Shown here in pieces: positions 27,530-38,190 of a stretch of 64,000 nucleotides of DNA. Position 1 is the stretch's first letter; the number at the start of each line of letters is the position of its first letter. Both the position numbers and the translations under genes were made by a program. Below the pieces are notes generated by a model. That model saw only the letters and a program-made list of their open reading frames with translations. It did no database searches and had not been told where the DNA came from. Source of the DNA: a virus; the IMG/VR virus record IMGVR_UViG_3300047321_000238, positions 48,297-112,296 of that record; one strand, 5' to 3'.

Positions 27530-27554
27530 GAAAGGAGTATAAAGATTAAATGTC

Positions 27555-27731
27555 ATGAAACTCAATTTGAAAACAGACTTAATAAAAGCATTTATATTAA
27601 TAGGGATTTTTACCGCTATATATTTAGTATGGTGGTTTTTTGAATTGTTTATTAATTATAAAATAATGGAGATGGTAGTAAATGGAGGTTTAACTTATTG
27701 TATATACTACATATTAAGAAGTAATAAGTAG
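27555..27731 (+). CDS. small membrane protein, 58 aa
   Basis: AAAGGAG RBS. Two hydrophobic segments. Not in track. Confidence 0.4.
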   Translation: MKLNLKTDLIKAFILIGIFTAIYLVWWFFELFINYKIMEMVVNGGLTYCIYYILRSNK

Positions 27732-27758
27732 GAATAAGCAAGAAAGGAGTAAATTATT

Positions 27759-27950
27759 ATGGCTGATGCAACTTTAATAAATACACCACCAACAGGAACA
27801 CCACCGCCAGGACCAACAGGTATGCCACCAAATCCTGCACAAGGACTAGGAATGGGATCATGTTTAAATTCTCATATGAATGGTTATTTTATAAATTCAT
27901 TTGGCAGTGGACATAAAACTACTGCAAAGAAAAAGAAGAAGAAAAAATAA
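27759..27950 (+). CDS. hypothetical Pro/Gly-rich protein with poly-Lys tail, 63 aa
   Basis: AAAGGAG RBS. PPTGTPPPGPTGMPPNP followed by a KKKKKKK tail. Confidence 0.4.
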   Translation: MADATLINTPPTGTPPPGPTGMPPNPAQGLGMGSCLNSHMNGYFINSFGSGHKTTAKKKKKKK

Positions 27951-27962
27951 GGAGGATTTTAT

Positions 27963-28109
27963 ATGGATTCAAATATGTACAATTACTTATATGGAATTGG
28001 AGATAGAACCTCCTTATCTAGTCAAAATAAGAAAAGTACTAAAAAATCTACTAAGAAAACGGCAGTTAAAAAAACAACAGCTAAGAAGACTGCAACTAAA
28101 AAGAAATAA
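27963..28109 (+). CDS. small basic KKT-repeat protein, 48 aa (histone-H1-tail-like composition)
   Basis: AAGGAGG RBS 7 nt upstream. STKKSTKKTAVKKTTAKKTATKKK. Preferred over the track ORF 27901..28119, which is in another frame. Confidence 0.45.
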   Translation: MDSNMYNYLYGIGDRTSLSSQNKKSTKKSTKKTAVKKTTAKKTATKKK

Positions 28110-28295
28110 CATATCGTGAAAGAATGTATTTGTTTAATATAGATACATTCTTTTTTGTTATATACAAATAATAAGGAGAAATGAATATGTATATAAGCAC
28201 AGGAGCAAGTATTGCAATAATTATTTTTTTATCTACATCACTTATTTGTAATGTAGTGTCATTAATTATTCAAATAAACCAACATAATAAAGGAA

Positions 28296-28571
28296 ATGAA
28301 AATTATGATAAGAAAGAATGAGAAGAAAAAAGCTTTAAAAGTTAATTTAATCTGTATAACATATTGTATTGTAATGGGAATACCTATAGGTATTTTACTT
28401 GAACATGTTAACAATGAAAATATAGCAACTGCAATATTTATGTTTTTTAGTATTAGTGTAGTATTATTATCTATTTATTTAGACAATAAAGGCAAAACTA
28501 CTATCTATAAAAGTATTCCTTATAATGAAGAGTATGAAAAATTTATGAAACAAATAGAAATGATACATTAA
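28296..28571 (+). CDS. small membrane protein, 91 aa
   Basis: Track ORF. Two TM helices. Confidence 0.5.
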   Translation: MKIMIRKNEKKKALKVNLICITYCIVMGIPIGILLEHVNNENIATAIFMFFSISVVLLSIYLDNKGKTTIYKSIPYNEEYEKFMKQIEMIH

Positions 28572-28572
28572 T

Positions 28573-28836
28573 ATGGAGATATTAAATCATATCAATAATG
28601 CTATGAGTATAAACTTTCATGAAGATTCATTGCTTATAGCTAATATATTAGTAAACTACACGCTTGAATATCAAGATTATAGTGAGAATAAAAAAGCTGC
28701 AGACTATATGGTAAAGGGAGTAAGTTATGTTATGGGAGATAGTCATTGGTCAATCAAAAATGTATATAACTTAGCAGAAACCGTTAAAGGATTGTATGTA
28801 GCAGGAGTTCCACTACATCAATATAGGAAGGGATAA
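28573..28836 (+). CDS. MELLKYIN-leader family small protein (MEILNHINN)
   Basis: Conserved N-terminus. TAATATG junction with the upstream gene. Confidence 0.6.
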   Translation: MEILNHINNAMSINFHEDSLLIANILVNYTLEYQDYSENKKAADYMVKGVSYVMGDSHWSIKNVYNLAETVKGLYVAGVPLHQYRKG

Positions 28837-28840
28837 TTGT

Positions 28841-29338
28841 ATGGAATATCATGTATTTGGAAAAGTAGTTCAAAGAAATTATGTATTAGAAGTAGATAAC
28901 TTCTTTTTGTGTGACACAGTTAAATTACCAATAACAGTAGAGCAATATTTAAAAAAGAATTTAGCATGGGAGAAATATAATGAATCAAATGCATATATAG
29001 GCGGCAGCCATCCTAATAACAAATTCTTAAATGATTGCATATTAATACACAAAGATACTATTATTGAGCATAAAGAATTATTTGTAATAGATGTATGCAG
29101 AACGTTTATGGATGGAGATATATACGTATATAAGAATAAAGAATACAAAGCAAAATATAAATACAATGGCGATTTGAATCGACATGAATTATATATAGAC
29201 TATATATTAAAGTTACGTGAGAATGACTTGCAAAAAGCATCTAGCGAAATAATATTAAACTATATTAAGGAATACAATAAATCAATTAAGAATAAAAAAG
29301 AAACTAAAAAAAAGAAACCCTGGTATAAAATATTTTGA
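28841..29338 (+). CDS. hypothetical protein, 165 aa
   Basis: Track ORF with AGGAAGGGA RBS. Confidence 0.5.
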   Translation: MEYHVFGKVVQRNYVLEVDNFFLCDTVKLPITVEQYLKKNLAWEKYNESNAYIGGSHPNNKFLNDCILIHKDTIIEHKELFVIDVCRTFMDGDIYVYKNKEYKAKYKYNGDLNRHELYIDYILKLRENDLQKASSEIILNYIKEYNKSIKNKKETKKKKPWYKIF

Positions 29339-29368
29339 AAATAACGAACAAGGAAAGGAGATGACAAT

Positions 29369-29473
29369 ATGTTAGCAATAATTGGAGCATTTTTATTAAA
29401 AGCAATAGGTGTATTTAATATGGTATGTTCAACAGTTTCAAACTTAAGAATGATAGCATGCATAGGATACTAA
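29369..29473 (+). CDS. hydrophobic micro-protein, 34 aa
   Basis: AAGGAAAGGAG RBS. MLAIIGAFLLKAIGVFNMVCSTVSNLRMIACIGY. Not in track. Confidence 0.35.
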   Translation: MLAIIGAFLLKAIGVFNMVCSTVSNLRMIACIGY

Positions 29474-29499
29474 TATAAATAAAAAGAGAGGCAATATAT

Positions 29500-29706
29500 A
29501 TGAAAGTAACAACAGGATTAAAACCAATTATAAAAGCATTAAAACCAGTAACAAAAAATGTTACAAAAAAGGTGACAACAACTGTAACACAAATAGCTGG
29601 AACAGTTAATAAGAAATCAATAGATAGAGTAAAAGCACAAGTATCTTTAGTAGTAGCTCAAAAAGCAGTCGAAATTGCGAAAGTTGCATTAAAAGGATTT
29701 CTATAA
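29500..29706 (+). CDS. small basic protein, 68 aa
   Basis: Track ORF with AGAGAGG RBS. Lys/Val/Thr-rich. Confidence 0.45.
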   Translation: MKVTTGLKPIIKALKPVTKNVTKKVTTTVTQIAGTVNKKSIDRVKAQVSLVVAQKAVEIAKVALKGFL

Positions 29707-29729
29707 AATAATCTAAGGGGTGATTAAAT

Positions 29730-30074
29730 ATGTTAAAAAGATATTATCAAAATAAAGAAAAAAGTTTCAGAATACAAAGTGAAGAAATACATGCATTTTT
29801 AGAAGATTATCGATATATATGTAAAGGAATAAGAGAAGGCAAAAAGATTTCAAAAGCAATGGAGGAACGTATGGATAGTACATTTAAAACCATAGCTTGT
29901 AAAATAAGAAATGATGCAAAGATTAAAAACGTTATGTCGTTAATACCTATGTACAATGATATGGTATTAGTAGAAGTTTATGATTATGAATTACCAGATC
30001 CAAATTGGAATGCATTTTGCGAACCAAAATTAGATGAAGATAAAGAGTTATGGTATTTTGAAATAGAAGAGTAA
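29730..30074 (+). CDS. hypothetical protein, 114 aa
   Basis: Track ORF with AAGGGGTGA RBS. Confidence 0.5.
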   Translation: MLKRYYQNKEKSFRIQSEEIHAFLEDYRYICKGIREGKKISKAMEERMDSTFKTIACKIRNDAKIKNVMSLIPMYNDMVLVEVYDYELPDPNWNAFCEPKLDEDKELWYFEIEE

Positions 30075-30096
30075 AAATAATCTTAGGGGGATTATT

Positions 30097-30336
30097 ATGG
30101 AATACAGACGCAAAAGAGACGAAGAAACAAAGAAAATGCTTAAGAGTATAATACGTGAGATGGCTACAGTTGGAATTGTATTTATCTTATTGGGACTAAT
30201 AGGTTTTGTAGTGTTTCATTACACTGGTAAATATCTAATACATCCTGCAGTATATTTTGTAGCAGTAGCTGGAGGTACTTTTACATCATTAACAGCTGGT
30301 ATTATGTATTTAAATTTAGTAGTAAGGAAAAGGTAA
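30097..30336 (+). CDS. small membrane protein, 79 aa
   Basis: Track ORF with AGGGGGA RBS. Two TM helices. Confidence 0.5.
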   Translation: MEYRRKRDEETKKMLKSIIREMATVGIVFILLGLIGFVVFHYTGKYLIHPAVYFVAVAGGTFTSLTAGIMYLNLVVRKR

Positions 30337-30341
30337 ATAAT

Positions 30342-30536
30342 ATGAAGAAGATACAAGCTTTTAATCAAATGATAAATGGCAATAGAATTAGACACGAATA
30401 TTTCGGATCATCAGAGTATTTGTATATGGAGTATGGTATAATATATTCCGAAGAAGGATACAACTTCGAAGACGCATGGGATAATAGAAATGGCCCAGAA
30501 TGGGAAGAAGGTTGGAGCTTATATGGAGCTGCTTAG
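30342..30536 (+). CDS. hypothetical protein, 64 aa
   Basis: Track ORF. Trp-rich C-terminus. Confidence 0.4.
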   Translation: MKKIQAFNQMINGNRIRHEYFGSSEYLYMEYGIIYSEEGYNFEDAWDNRNGPEWEEGWSLYGAA

Positions 30537-30765
30537 TTTTATTAATAAATTAAGTGAAAGATATACTGAATATAGTATGGTATGTTCAAGAATAGATAAT
30601 CTTGCTGACAATAAATACTATCCATTATTATTAGTTAGTGATAAAGATAATATAAAAGAAGCAATTAAAAAATGGTTTAATATTTATTGTTATGTAGATG
30701 AAACTCAAATACTACAAGCTATAGATATTTATCTTGAAGTAAGAAAAGAAATAACAGGAGATTAA
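30523..30765 (+). CDS. MELLKYIN-leader family small protein (MELLSFINK)
   Basis: Internal ATG of track ORF 30490. Chosen because it restores the family leader. GGAG 6 nt upstream. Confidence 0.5.
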   Translation: MELLSFINKLSERYTEYSMVCSRIDNLADNKYYPLLLVSDKDNIKEAIKKWFNIYCYVDETQILQAIDIYLEVRKEITGD

Positions 30766-30787
30766 TTTTATCGGGGGATAGATATAT

Positions 30788-31222
30788 ATGAGTAAACATG
30801 AGAAAGAAATAGCAAATAAAATTGCATTATATGTTAGTTCAACATATGAAATAATAGACAAGGAAATAATGAAAATGGGCAAAGGACTTTTTAATCGAAA
30901 ATGCCACTTGAATTCAGTTCAATGTCTTAAAGATGAATATAACAATGCAACAGAGGTTTATGCTTGTATAACATTAGATGCAGGTTGTATCTCTAATCCT
31001 GTACTTCACTTCATAAATAAAACAAGTGAAGGATTCTATGTAGATAATACATTAGGATGGGAATATGCTTTATATGATTATTACATTATAAAGAAATTAA
31101 ATGAAGATGAATGTAATCATGTGTGGGATTCATTACAAAACATAAGAGACTCGTTAGTTAACTTACAATGTGGTAAGTTATATCAAAAGATATTTTGTAT
31201 CCAAAGTTATAATGTATTATAA
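30788..31222 (+). CDS. hypothetical protein, 144 aa
   Basis: Track ORF with GGGGGATAG upstream. Confidence 0.5.
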   Translation: MSKHEKEIANKIALYVSSTYEIIDKEIMKMGKGLFNRKCHLNSVQCLKDEYNNATEVYACITLDAGCISNPVLHFINKTSEGFYVDNTLGWEYALYDYYIIKKLNEDECNHVWDSLQNIRDSLVNLQCGKLYQKIFCIQSYNVL

Positions 31223-31255
31223 ATATGTACAAGCCTAAACAATGGGAGGAAAGAT

Positions 31256-31531
31256 ATGAAGACAGTATTAAAAATCGTTGCTGTATGTACTTTAGGTATG
31301 TTTGATAGTTTTTTAGCACGAACTTATGAAGCTATACAAACCTTAATTAACAGTCGTTCAGCTGTACAAGCTTTAAAGAACTCCAATGAAGGATATGTAG
31401 TAAGTCAAGTATTTCAATTTGATGGAACTGTATTCTATGGAGTAATGATATTAATAAATGTATTAATCCTTTATTTGATGTTTAGAACATCATTTAAAGT
31501 TAATAAAGATAAAAATGAAGAAACAAAATAA
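31256..31531 (+). CDS. small membrane protein, 91 aa
   Basis: Track ORF with GGGAGGAAAG RBS. Confidence 0.5.
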   Translation: MKTVLKIVAVCTLGMFDSFLARTYEAIQTLINSRSAVQALKNSNEGYVVSQVFQFDGTVFYGVMILINVLILYLMFRTSFKVNKDKNEETK

Positions 31532-31556
31532 TAAATATGATGGGGGAAAAATAATT

Positions 31557-32525
31557 ATGAAAAACGTAAATAAAAAAGTGTTAGCAGCAATCTTACTAGT
31601 AGGAATATCTTCAACAGGACTTATGGCATGTAAGCCATATAACACTCCTGAATTTGTAGATATATCACCATCTCAAACAGCATTTGCTATTCCATTAAAG
31701 GGAAATGGAGCAGATCAAGTTAAGTTAGATTCAGAAGAAGCTGTTAAAGCAAACTTAGTTACATCTAAAAGAGTACCAATCAGTAAAGAATGGTTACAAA
31801 CAGGTAGAGCATTTATATTTGAAGAAGGTAAATGGATTGCAAATGAAGTAGTTATAGTAGTTGAGCGTAAGCCAGAAACTAGAGCTTGGACAGAAGCATC
31901 AGGAACTGGAACTTCTGTAACAAATGAAGGAATAGAAGCAGAGACTAAAGGCTCAATAGCTTTTATAGCTGGCATGAATTGTACAGCTAGTATTCAAGAG
32001 TCTGATGCTGCTAAGTATTTATTTAACTATAATGAAAAACCTTTAAAAGATGTAATGGATACAGAAATTAGAGCAGCAGTAGAATCTAAGTTTGGCGAAG
32101 AAATAGCTAAACGTGATTTAGAAGTAGTTCTTGTTGAGAAAGAACAAATTATGACTGCAGTTAGAACTTATGTTGATGACATGTTTTCTAAGAAAGGAAT
32201 CACTATAAACCAATTAGGTTTAAAAGGTGAGTTCACATATAAAGATCCTAAAGTTCAAGCATCTTTAAATGCTAAATTTACAGCAGCTAAAGACCAAGAA
32301 TCTCAAACAATTGTAAATGAAACAAATAAAGCTAAAGCAATTGCTGATGCAGAAGTTATTAGAACTCAAGCATCTACAATGTCTGACACTATTAAACTTA
32401 AACAAGCAGAAGCAGCAATCATTGAAGCAAATGCTAAATTAGAAATGGCTAAATCTATAGGTAACATGAAAGATGTAAAAGTATTAGGAAACAATCCTTT
32501 GTTTGGATCAGACATGTTAAAATAA
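31557..32525 (+). CDS. lipoprotein with SPFH/band-7-like C-terminal domain
   Basis: Signal peptide with lipobox LMAC. C-terminal Ala/Glu-rich coiled region (AKAIADAEVIRTQA...AEAAIIEANAK) typical of SPFH proteins. Start taken at the ATG after GGGGGAAAA. Confidence 0.45.
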   Translation: MKNVNKKVLAAILLVGISSTGLMACKPYNTPEFVDISPSQTAFAIPLKGNGADQVKLDSEEAVKANLVTSKRVPISKEWLQTGRAFIFEEGKWIANEVVIVVERKPETRAWTEASGTGTSVTNEGIEAETKGSIAFIAGMNCTASIQESDAAKYLFNYNEKPLKDVMDTEIRAAVESKFGEEIAKRDLEVVLVEKEQIMTAVRTYVDDMFSKKGITINQLGLKGEFTYKDPKVQASLNAKFTAAKDQESQTIVNETNKAKAIADAEVIRTQASTMSDTIKLKQAEAAIIEANAKLEMAKSIGNMKDVKVLGNNPLFGSDMLK

Positions 32526-32667
32526 TAAATACATGCCAGTGTGAATACTTTTCACTCTGGTATTTTAAAACACATAAACACATAAATACAGTAAATACTT
32601 TAAGGAAACATATAGCAGCAAAATTAAGCTCAGTAAGAACTAGACGAAAGAAACGAGGTGTAGCTTA

Positions 32668-33084
32668 GTGCTTAAAAACAAAGAAAGAAGAGACTATACA
32701 AAAAAACATAATAAAGCATATACGATTGTAGAAGGAATGTTATTAGGTAAAAATACAATACATGGTCTTCTTCATGATGTAGATAAAATAATTTTATATT
32801 GTTTTTTTAATTATAAAACAGTGCATGAATTTCATAGGAAACATTCGAAGCATCATGAGAAAGCTAAGACATTTGAAGATTATTTATCAATGGTAATAGA
32901 TTGGGAATGTGCCCGATTTACTAAGCCAGATAAAGGTCTAAATGCATATGATACATTGTATAAATATTATCCAGAACTTGAAAGCAGGATCTTACCTATA
33001 TTAGACGCATTTAATTTAGCTAAGAGTGAAAGCAACTGGTTAGATCATTATAAAGACTATATAGAAGAAAGGTTGGCTGTCTAG
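32668..33084 (+). CDS. hypothetical His-rich protein, 138 aa
   Basis: GTG start (track). LLHDVDK and HRKHSKHHEK motifs suggest possible metal binding. Confidence 0.45.
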   Translation: MLKNKERRDYTKKHNKAYTIVEGMLLGKNTIHGLLHDVDKIILYCFFNYKTVHEFHRKHSKHHEKAKTFEDYLSMVIDWECARFTKPDKGLNAYDTLYKYYPELESRILPILDAFNLAKSESNWLDHYKDYIEERLAV

Positions 33085-33299
33085 TGAGATGGAAAAAGAT
33101 AATCAAGAAATTTCCTAAGATAGGAGATACAAGAGTAATTAGTTATTTCGCATTACTTTTAGTAGAAATAGATAAAGAAGTAAGATGGCTTGAAAAAGTA
33201 ACAGTAAAACAAATAAGAGCATATAAGTACTATGGTCCTTGTGGTCAATACGGTCCACATTGGAAGAATATAAAATTTATAGATGAAGAGGTGAAATAA
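33084..33299 (+). CDS. hypothetical protein, 71 aa
   Basis: Track ORF. Overlapping start and stop with neighbours. Confidence 0.45.
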   Translation: MRWKKIIKKFPKIGDTRVISYFALLLVEIDKEVRWLEKVTVKQIRAYKYYGPCGQYGPHWKNIKFIDEEVK

Positions 33300-34075
33300 T
33301 GTTAAAGTTTATTGGAAGAGGATCTTGTTTTAATTCAAAAGAAGGAAACAATTCAGCTTATATAAAAAAAGGTGAAAGTTTCTTATTAATAGATTGTGGT
33401 TGTCTAACTGCAAATAAGATAATTGAATCAAATTTATTAGATGGAGTAAAGAAAGTTCATATATTAATAACGCATTTCCACGATGATCATGTTGGTAGCT
33501 TGGGAAGCTTACTATTATATTGTCGTTATGCATTAGATATAATACCAGATATATATTTTGAAGACAAACAGTATTTAGTTGATTTCTTAGCTATGCAAGG
33601 ACTATTAGAACATGAAGTTTATACGTATATGACAAATAGATATGTTGACGATATGAAATTAACTTATTCTCCAGTTCCAACAAAACATTATGAATTTTAT
33701 AAGCCAATTCAAGAGACTGTTTATTCAAGTGAAATAACAAAGACTGTAGTCATGACAAATTACTTTAAATGCTATGGATATTATCTTGTAAAAAATAATA
33801 TTGAAAGAACAAATCAACATGCATATTATTCTGGAGACAGCAATTCAATTCCAAAAAATATGTTAGATATATTAGAATTTTATGATTCAGCAATTTTATA
33901 TCAAGATGTATGCTTATCAGATGAACATGGATATGCTCATTTACCTCTAAGTAAGTTATGTGAATTAATACCTAAAGAATTAAGACATAAAGTATATTGT
34001 ATGCATTTGAACTCAGATGAATTAATAACTAAATGTAAAGAAGAAGGATTCAACGTTGTTGAAGTGGAGGTTTAA
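33299..34075 (+). CDS. metallo-beta-lactamase-fold hydrolase
   Basis: HxHxDH motif at ITHFHDDHVGSLGS. Confidence 0.6.
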   Translation: MLKFIGRGSCFNSKEGNNSAYIKKGESFLLIDCGCLTANKIIESNLLDGVKKVHILITHFHDDHVGSLGSLLLYCRYALDIIPDIYFEDKQYLVDFLAMQGLLEHEVYTYMTNRYVDDMKLTYSPVPTKHYEFYKPIQETVYSSEITKTVVMTNYFKCYGYYLVKNNIERTNQHAYYSGDSNSIPKNMLDILEFYDSAILYQDVCLSDEHGYAHLPLSKLCELIPKELRHKVYCMHLNSDELITKCKEEGFNVVEVEV

Positions 34076-34077
34076 AA

Positions 34078-34308
34078 ATGGAACATGAACATTTATGTAC
34101 AATACAAATTGTAGAAAAATTTCAAGCACTGATTTCAGAAGTAAAAGATTTTGAATCAGCACTTAAAAGCCTTAGAGGAAACGGACCAGATTGGAACGTT
34201 GGTATAGAAAAAGACGAAAGACCAGCTGTTAAAACTTTATATTTAGCTTATAAAGAAGCAAAAGAAAGAGCTAATGATTTCAATCAAATTATTTGGAAAG
34301 AGGCGTAA
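34078..34308 (+). CDS. hypothetical protein, 76 aa
   Basis: Track ORF. Confidence 0.45.
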   Translation: MEHEHLCTIQIVEKFQALISEVKDFESALKSLRGNGPDWNVGIEKDERPAVKTLYLAYKEAKERANDFNQIIWKEA

Positions 34309-34309
34309 G

Positions 34310-35071
34310 ATGAATAAGATATTAAAAAACAGTATAGTAATTATTGTTCTTCTTATGGCATATTCTTTTATAAGTAATTTTGCAAATATAAATGCTTTGT
34401 TTATGCCAAAAGTAGATACAATATTCGAAGACTTTAAAACATTATTTGCTAATGGAATGCTAACAGAATCTATATTAAAATCATTTTTAAGGATAACAAT
34501 AGCTACAAGTATATCTTGTGCAATAAGTGTTCCTTTAGCATTACTTATATATAGTTCTAAAACATTAGATGATATTATATCACCTATAGCAAATATGTTT
34601 AGATATGTACCAATAACTGCTTTCGGCCCATTATTAATATTATGGGTTGGAATAGGCGAAGATATGAAGATAACATTCTTATTTTGTGCAACATTCTTTT
34701 ATTTCTTACCAACATTGGTAATGAACATGAAAGAAATAGACATAAGACTTATAGAAACAGGTTACACAATGGGAATGAGTAAGTTCCAAGTAATAACTAA
34801 AATTGTAGTACCTTATACGTTACCAAGTATATGCCAAAGCATTCTTATGATGTATGGAATAGGTTGGTCGTATATAGTTGTAGCAGAAGCTACAAATGCA
34901 ACAAGAGGCTTAGGGTATTTAATCAATATAGGTTCTGCAAGAGGTAGAACTGATATGGTATTTATGTCTATGATAACTATAATGGCAATAAGCTTTATAG
35001 TAGACACAATTGGTAATAAATTAATAGCTAAATGTTTTAGCTGGAAGTTTAAAAAAATAGAGGAAAATTAA
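34310..35071 (+). CDS. ABC transporter permease-like protein (NitT/TauT-type)
   Basis: Six predicted TM segments. EATNATRGLGYLIN occupies the position of the EAA loop. Start taken at the ATG after AAAGAGG. Confidence 0.5.
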   Translation: MNKILKNSIVIIVLLMAYSFISNFANINALFMPKVDTIFEDFKTLFANGMLTESILKSFLRITIATSISCAISVPLALLIYSSKTLDDIISPIANMFRYVPITAFGPLLILWVGIGEDMKITFLFCATFFYFLPTLVMNMKEIDIRLIETGYTMGMSKFQVITKIVVPYTLPSICQSILMMYGIGWSYIVVAEATNATRGLGYLINIGSARGRTDMVFMSMITIMAISFIVDTIGNKLIAKCFSWKFKKIEEN

Positions 35072-35072
35072 T

Positions 35073-35336
35073 ATGGATTCAAATAAATTTAGTAAAATAT
35101 TATTAGAAAAAAACGATAAAGATTATGGCTTATGCCCACCACCTATAAATGCTCAAGAAGGATTAAATATCTTAATTGAGCATTTTTTAGGAGAAGATTG
35201 GTTTGTAACAATGCCAATGTGTCAAGAACAGGTAAATACAGCAGCCATTTATACAATATTAAATAAATATCAAAAAAAAGAATCATTAATCGAAATCGTT
35301 AAGAACATGATAATAAGTAGAGGAAAAATGATATAA
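35073..35336 (+). CDS. hypothetical protein, 87 aa
   Basis: Track ORF. Confidence 0.45.
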   Translation: MDSNKFSKILLEKNDKDYGLCPPPINAQEGLNILIEHFLGEDWFVTMPMCQEQVNTAAIYTILNKYQKKESLIEIVKNMIISRGKMI

Positions 35337-35367
35337 TAAATAATATAATTTGAGGAGGAAATAACAA

Positions 35368-37422
35368 ATGGGATTAGCATTTAGAAATTTTAAAAAAATA
35401 TTTCAAGGAAATTTTGAGGGACTAGTAAAAGATGAAAGTAAATTATTTGAGGTAACAGTAGATAAAGATGAATTATGGTATTTATATCTTAATTCATTCC
35501 CAGCTGGCACTAATGAAATGTATAGAAACAGAAGAGAATTTGATTGTTCTTGCTGTAGACAATTCATGAGAGCTGTAGCTAGTGCCGTTACTATAAAAAA
35601 TAATAAAATAGTTACTATGTGGGACTTTGACGCACAAAGTACTACGTTCCAACCAGTAATTGATGCATTAGATGCTTATATCAAATCTAAAGCTATCAAT
35701 AGTGTTTATGTTAGTAAGCTTAAGAAAATAGGTACTGACAGCAATAGAGAATTAGTAGATGGAAATGCAAACACTTGGGAACATTTCTTTTTAGAACTTC
35801 CAGATAAGTTTGTTGATAGAAGTGATAAGTCTGAAGGAGATATCCAAGGAACTTATAGATCTACTAAAGATGTATTTAAAAGATCTTTAGAAGAATTAAC
35901 AGTAGAATCAGTTGAAACATTATTGGAATTAATTGCTTCTAATTCTTTGTATAAAGGTGAAGAATGGAAAGCTGCATTAACAGAATTCTTAAAGCTTAAA
36001 AAAGAATATGAAAAATTACCAGAAGAAGAAAAAGATTTATACGCTTGGGTTAAATCAGTTGATGTCAATATGGCTGTTGGTAGAATAAGAAATCATTCTA
36101 TCGGAGTACTTCTTGTTGATCTAAGTGAAGGTATGGATCTAGAAAAAGCTATTAATAAATATGAAACTGTAATTGTAGCACCAGAAAACTTCAAGAGAAA
36201 GAGAGTGTTATATACTTCTAGACAATTAGAAGAAGGTAAAACAAAATTAACTGAAGGAGGATATATGCCAGCACTTCCAAGAAGACATGCTAATCTTGAT
36301 GATATAAGTGTTAACAACATTTTATTTAGCAACAAAGATTCAGCTAAAAGAATGAAAGGAACTGACATATTTGATGAAATGGCAAGTGCTGTTCCAGTTA
36401 ATCCTAAGAAGTTCAATAAAGTTGAAGAAATTGCTATAGAAGACTTTGTTAAAAATGTGCTTCCATTAACAAGAGAAGTTGAAGTATATTTAGAAAATAA
36501 ACATTCTAATAACATGATGTCATTGATAACTGCACAAGATGCAGAAGCACCATCTATGTTTAAATGGAATAATCCTTTCTCATGGGCATACTCAGGTAAT
36601 ATCACTGACTCTTCTATGAAAGAAAGAGTAAAAGCAGCTGGTGGTGGTGTAGACGGTGTATTAAGATTTAGTATACAATGGAATTCAGGAACTGCCCATG
36701 ATAGAAATGATTTAGATGCACATTGTAAAGAACCAGAAAATTATGAAATTTATTTCAACAATAGACACAAGATTAGTCCAACTGGAGGAAAATTAGATGT
36801 AGATATTACTAATCCTAGAATTGGAATTCCTGCAGTAGAAAATATAACATGGGCAAATACAAGCAGTATGAAAGAAGGAACTTATAGATTCTTCGTTGAT
36901 GGTTTTGCTAATAGAGGAGGTCGTGATGGCTTTACTGCTGAAATAGAATTCAACGGTCAAATCTTCTCATTCGAATACAATAAAGAAGTAAGAGATAAAG
37001 AAAAAGTCATGGTTGCTGAAGTCACTTATAGCAAAGAAAATGGATTCAGTATTAAAGAATTATTACCATCTACTGTGTCTTCGAAAGAAGTATGGGGATT
37101 AAATACTAATCAATTTGTACCAGCAAGTGTTGTTATGTTCTCACCAAATTTTTGGGATGAACAAGAAGGAATTGGACATAAGCACTATTTCTTCATGTTG
37201 AAGAATTGCGTTAACCCAGAGAAACCAAACGGTTTCTATAACGAATTCTTAAACAATGATTTAACACCTATTGCAAGAGTTACTGAATTCTTAGGAAGTA
37301 AAATGGCTGTGCAAGATGTTAAGGATCAATTATCAGGAGTAGGATTCTCTTCTACTAAGAGGAACAATCTTATAGTAAAAGTAAAAGGTCAAACTGAAAG
37401 AGTATTAAAAATAATATTTTAA
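35368..37422 (+). CDS. large hypothetical protein, 684 aa
   Basis: Track ORF with GAGGAGGAAA RBS. N-terminal CSCC cluster. No recognised motif. Confidence 0.6.
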   Translation: MGLAFRNFKKIFQGNFEGLVKDESKLFEVTVDKDELWYLYLNSFPAGTNEMYRNRREFDCSCCRQFMRAVASAVTIKNNKIVTMWDFDAQSTTFQPVIDALDAYIKSKAINSVYVSKLKKIGTDSNRELVDGNANTWEHFFLELPDKFVDRSDKSEGDIQGTYRSTKDVFKRSLEELTVESVETLLELIASNSLYKGEEWKAALTEFLKLKKEYEKLPEEEKDLYAWVKSVDVNMAVGRIRNHSIGVLLVDLSEGMDLEKAINKYETVIVAPENFKRKRVLYTSRQLEEGKTKLTEGGYMPALPRRHANLDDISVNNILFSNKDSAKRMKGTDIFDEMASAVPVNPKKFNKVEEIAIEDFVKNVLPLTREVEVYLENKHSNNMMSLITAQDAEAPSMFKWNNPFSWAYSGNITDSSMKERVKAAGGGVDGVLRFSIQWNSGTAHDRNDLDAHCKEPENYEIYFNNRHKISPTGGKLDVDITNPRIGIPAVENITWANTSSMKEGTYRFFVDGFANRGGRDGFTAEIEFNGQIFSFEYNKEVRDKEKVMVAEVTYSKENGFSIKELLPSTVSSKEVWGLNTNQFVPASVVMFSPNFWDEQEGIGHKHYFFMLKNCVNPEKPNGFYNEFLNNDLTPIARVTEFLGSKMAVQDVKDQLSGVGFSSTKRNNLIVKVKGQTERVLKIIF

Positions 37423-37443
37423 TTAAGAGAGGAAAGATGTAAA

Positions 37444-37824
37444 ATGGAAAAAAATTTATTTGAATTAGCAACAAGAATGAGATTGAGGTTCCCACACAAT
37501 GGGATTGTAGATGTTGAAGGATTGTGGCAATTACCAGTCACTAAATTAGATGCAATATACAAGGTTTTAAATTCTGAAGCAAAGCAAACAAAAGAAGAAA
37601 GTCTTCTTGATACAAAAACAGCTAAAGATGAAGAACTTGAACTTAAAATTGAAATAGTAAAACACATTGTAAAGACAAAGCAAGATGAAGCTAAAACTTT
37701 AAAAAATGCTGCGGCTAAGAAAGAAGAAAAGGAAAAGCTTCTTAGTGTATTAGATAGAAAAGAAAATGAAGCTTTAGAATCTTTATCAGCTGAAGAACTT
37801 AAGAAAAGAATAGCAGAACTATAA
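37444..37824 (+). CDS. coiled-coil protein, 126 aa
   Basis: Track ORF. Lys/Glu-rich heptad character. Confidence 0.5.
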   Translation: MEKNLFELATRMRLRFPHNGIVDVEGLWQLPVTKLDAIYKVLNSEAKQTKEESLLDTKTAKDEELELKIEIVKHIVKTKQDEAKTLKNAAAKKEEKEKLLSVLDRKENEALESLSAEELKKRIAEL

Positions 37825-37901
37825 TTTTAACGAATTCATTATTTGATATGTAATGTATTGAATAATGAATTCATATTAATGAAAACTAGGAGGAATTTAG
37901 T

Positions 37902-38084
37902 ATGAAGAAAATAGTATCAAGTGATTTAATAGTATATGATGACATGCAAGAGTTTATGGATGAATATCAAAAACTAATAGATATTAAACAACTAAATGGA
38001 GAAGAAGTCGAAACACATTATGCTCATACCCCACAAGGTAATTTCTTTTCAGCATTAGTATTAGGTAGAAAGGATAGATATTAA
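37902..38084 (+). CDS. hypothetical protein, 60 aa
   Basis: Track ORF with AGGAGGAA RBS. Confidence 0.45.
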   Translation: MKKIVSSDLIVYDDMQEFMDEYQKLIDIKQLNGEEVETHYAHTPQGNFFSALVLGRKDRY

Positions 38085-38190
38085 TATGGAACAGAGCAAA
38101 ACGTTAGACCAAATATGTACAAAAAAAGGCTTTAAGCCTAATAAAATATATCTATTCAATACTAAATTAATTAAATAGAAGGGTGATAAT

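Noticed and set aside
27901-28119. Track ORF in the frame encoding MAVDIKLLQRKRRRKNKE...
   Set aside because: It overlaps the end of the previous gene and lacks an RBS. The alternative frame 27963..28109 has a perfect AAGGAGG RBS and a coherent KKT-repeat product.
36093-36605. Minus-strand 170-aa ORF inside 35368..37422 (and similar antisense ORFs 35853..36068, 37419..37667)
   Set aside because: It is contained within a well-supported + gene and has no RBS.
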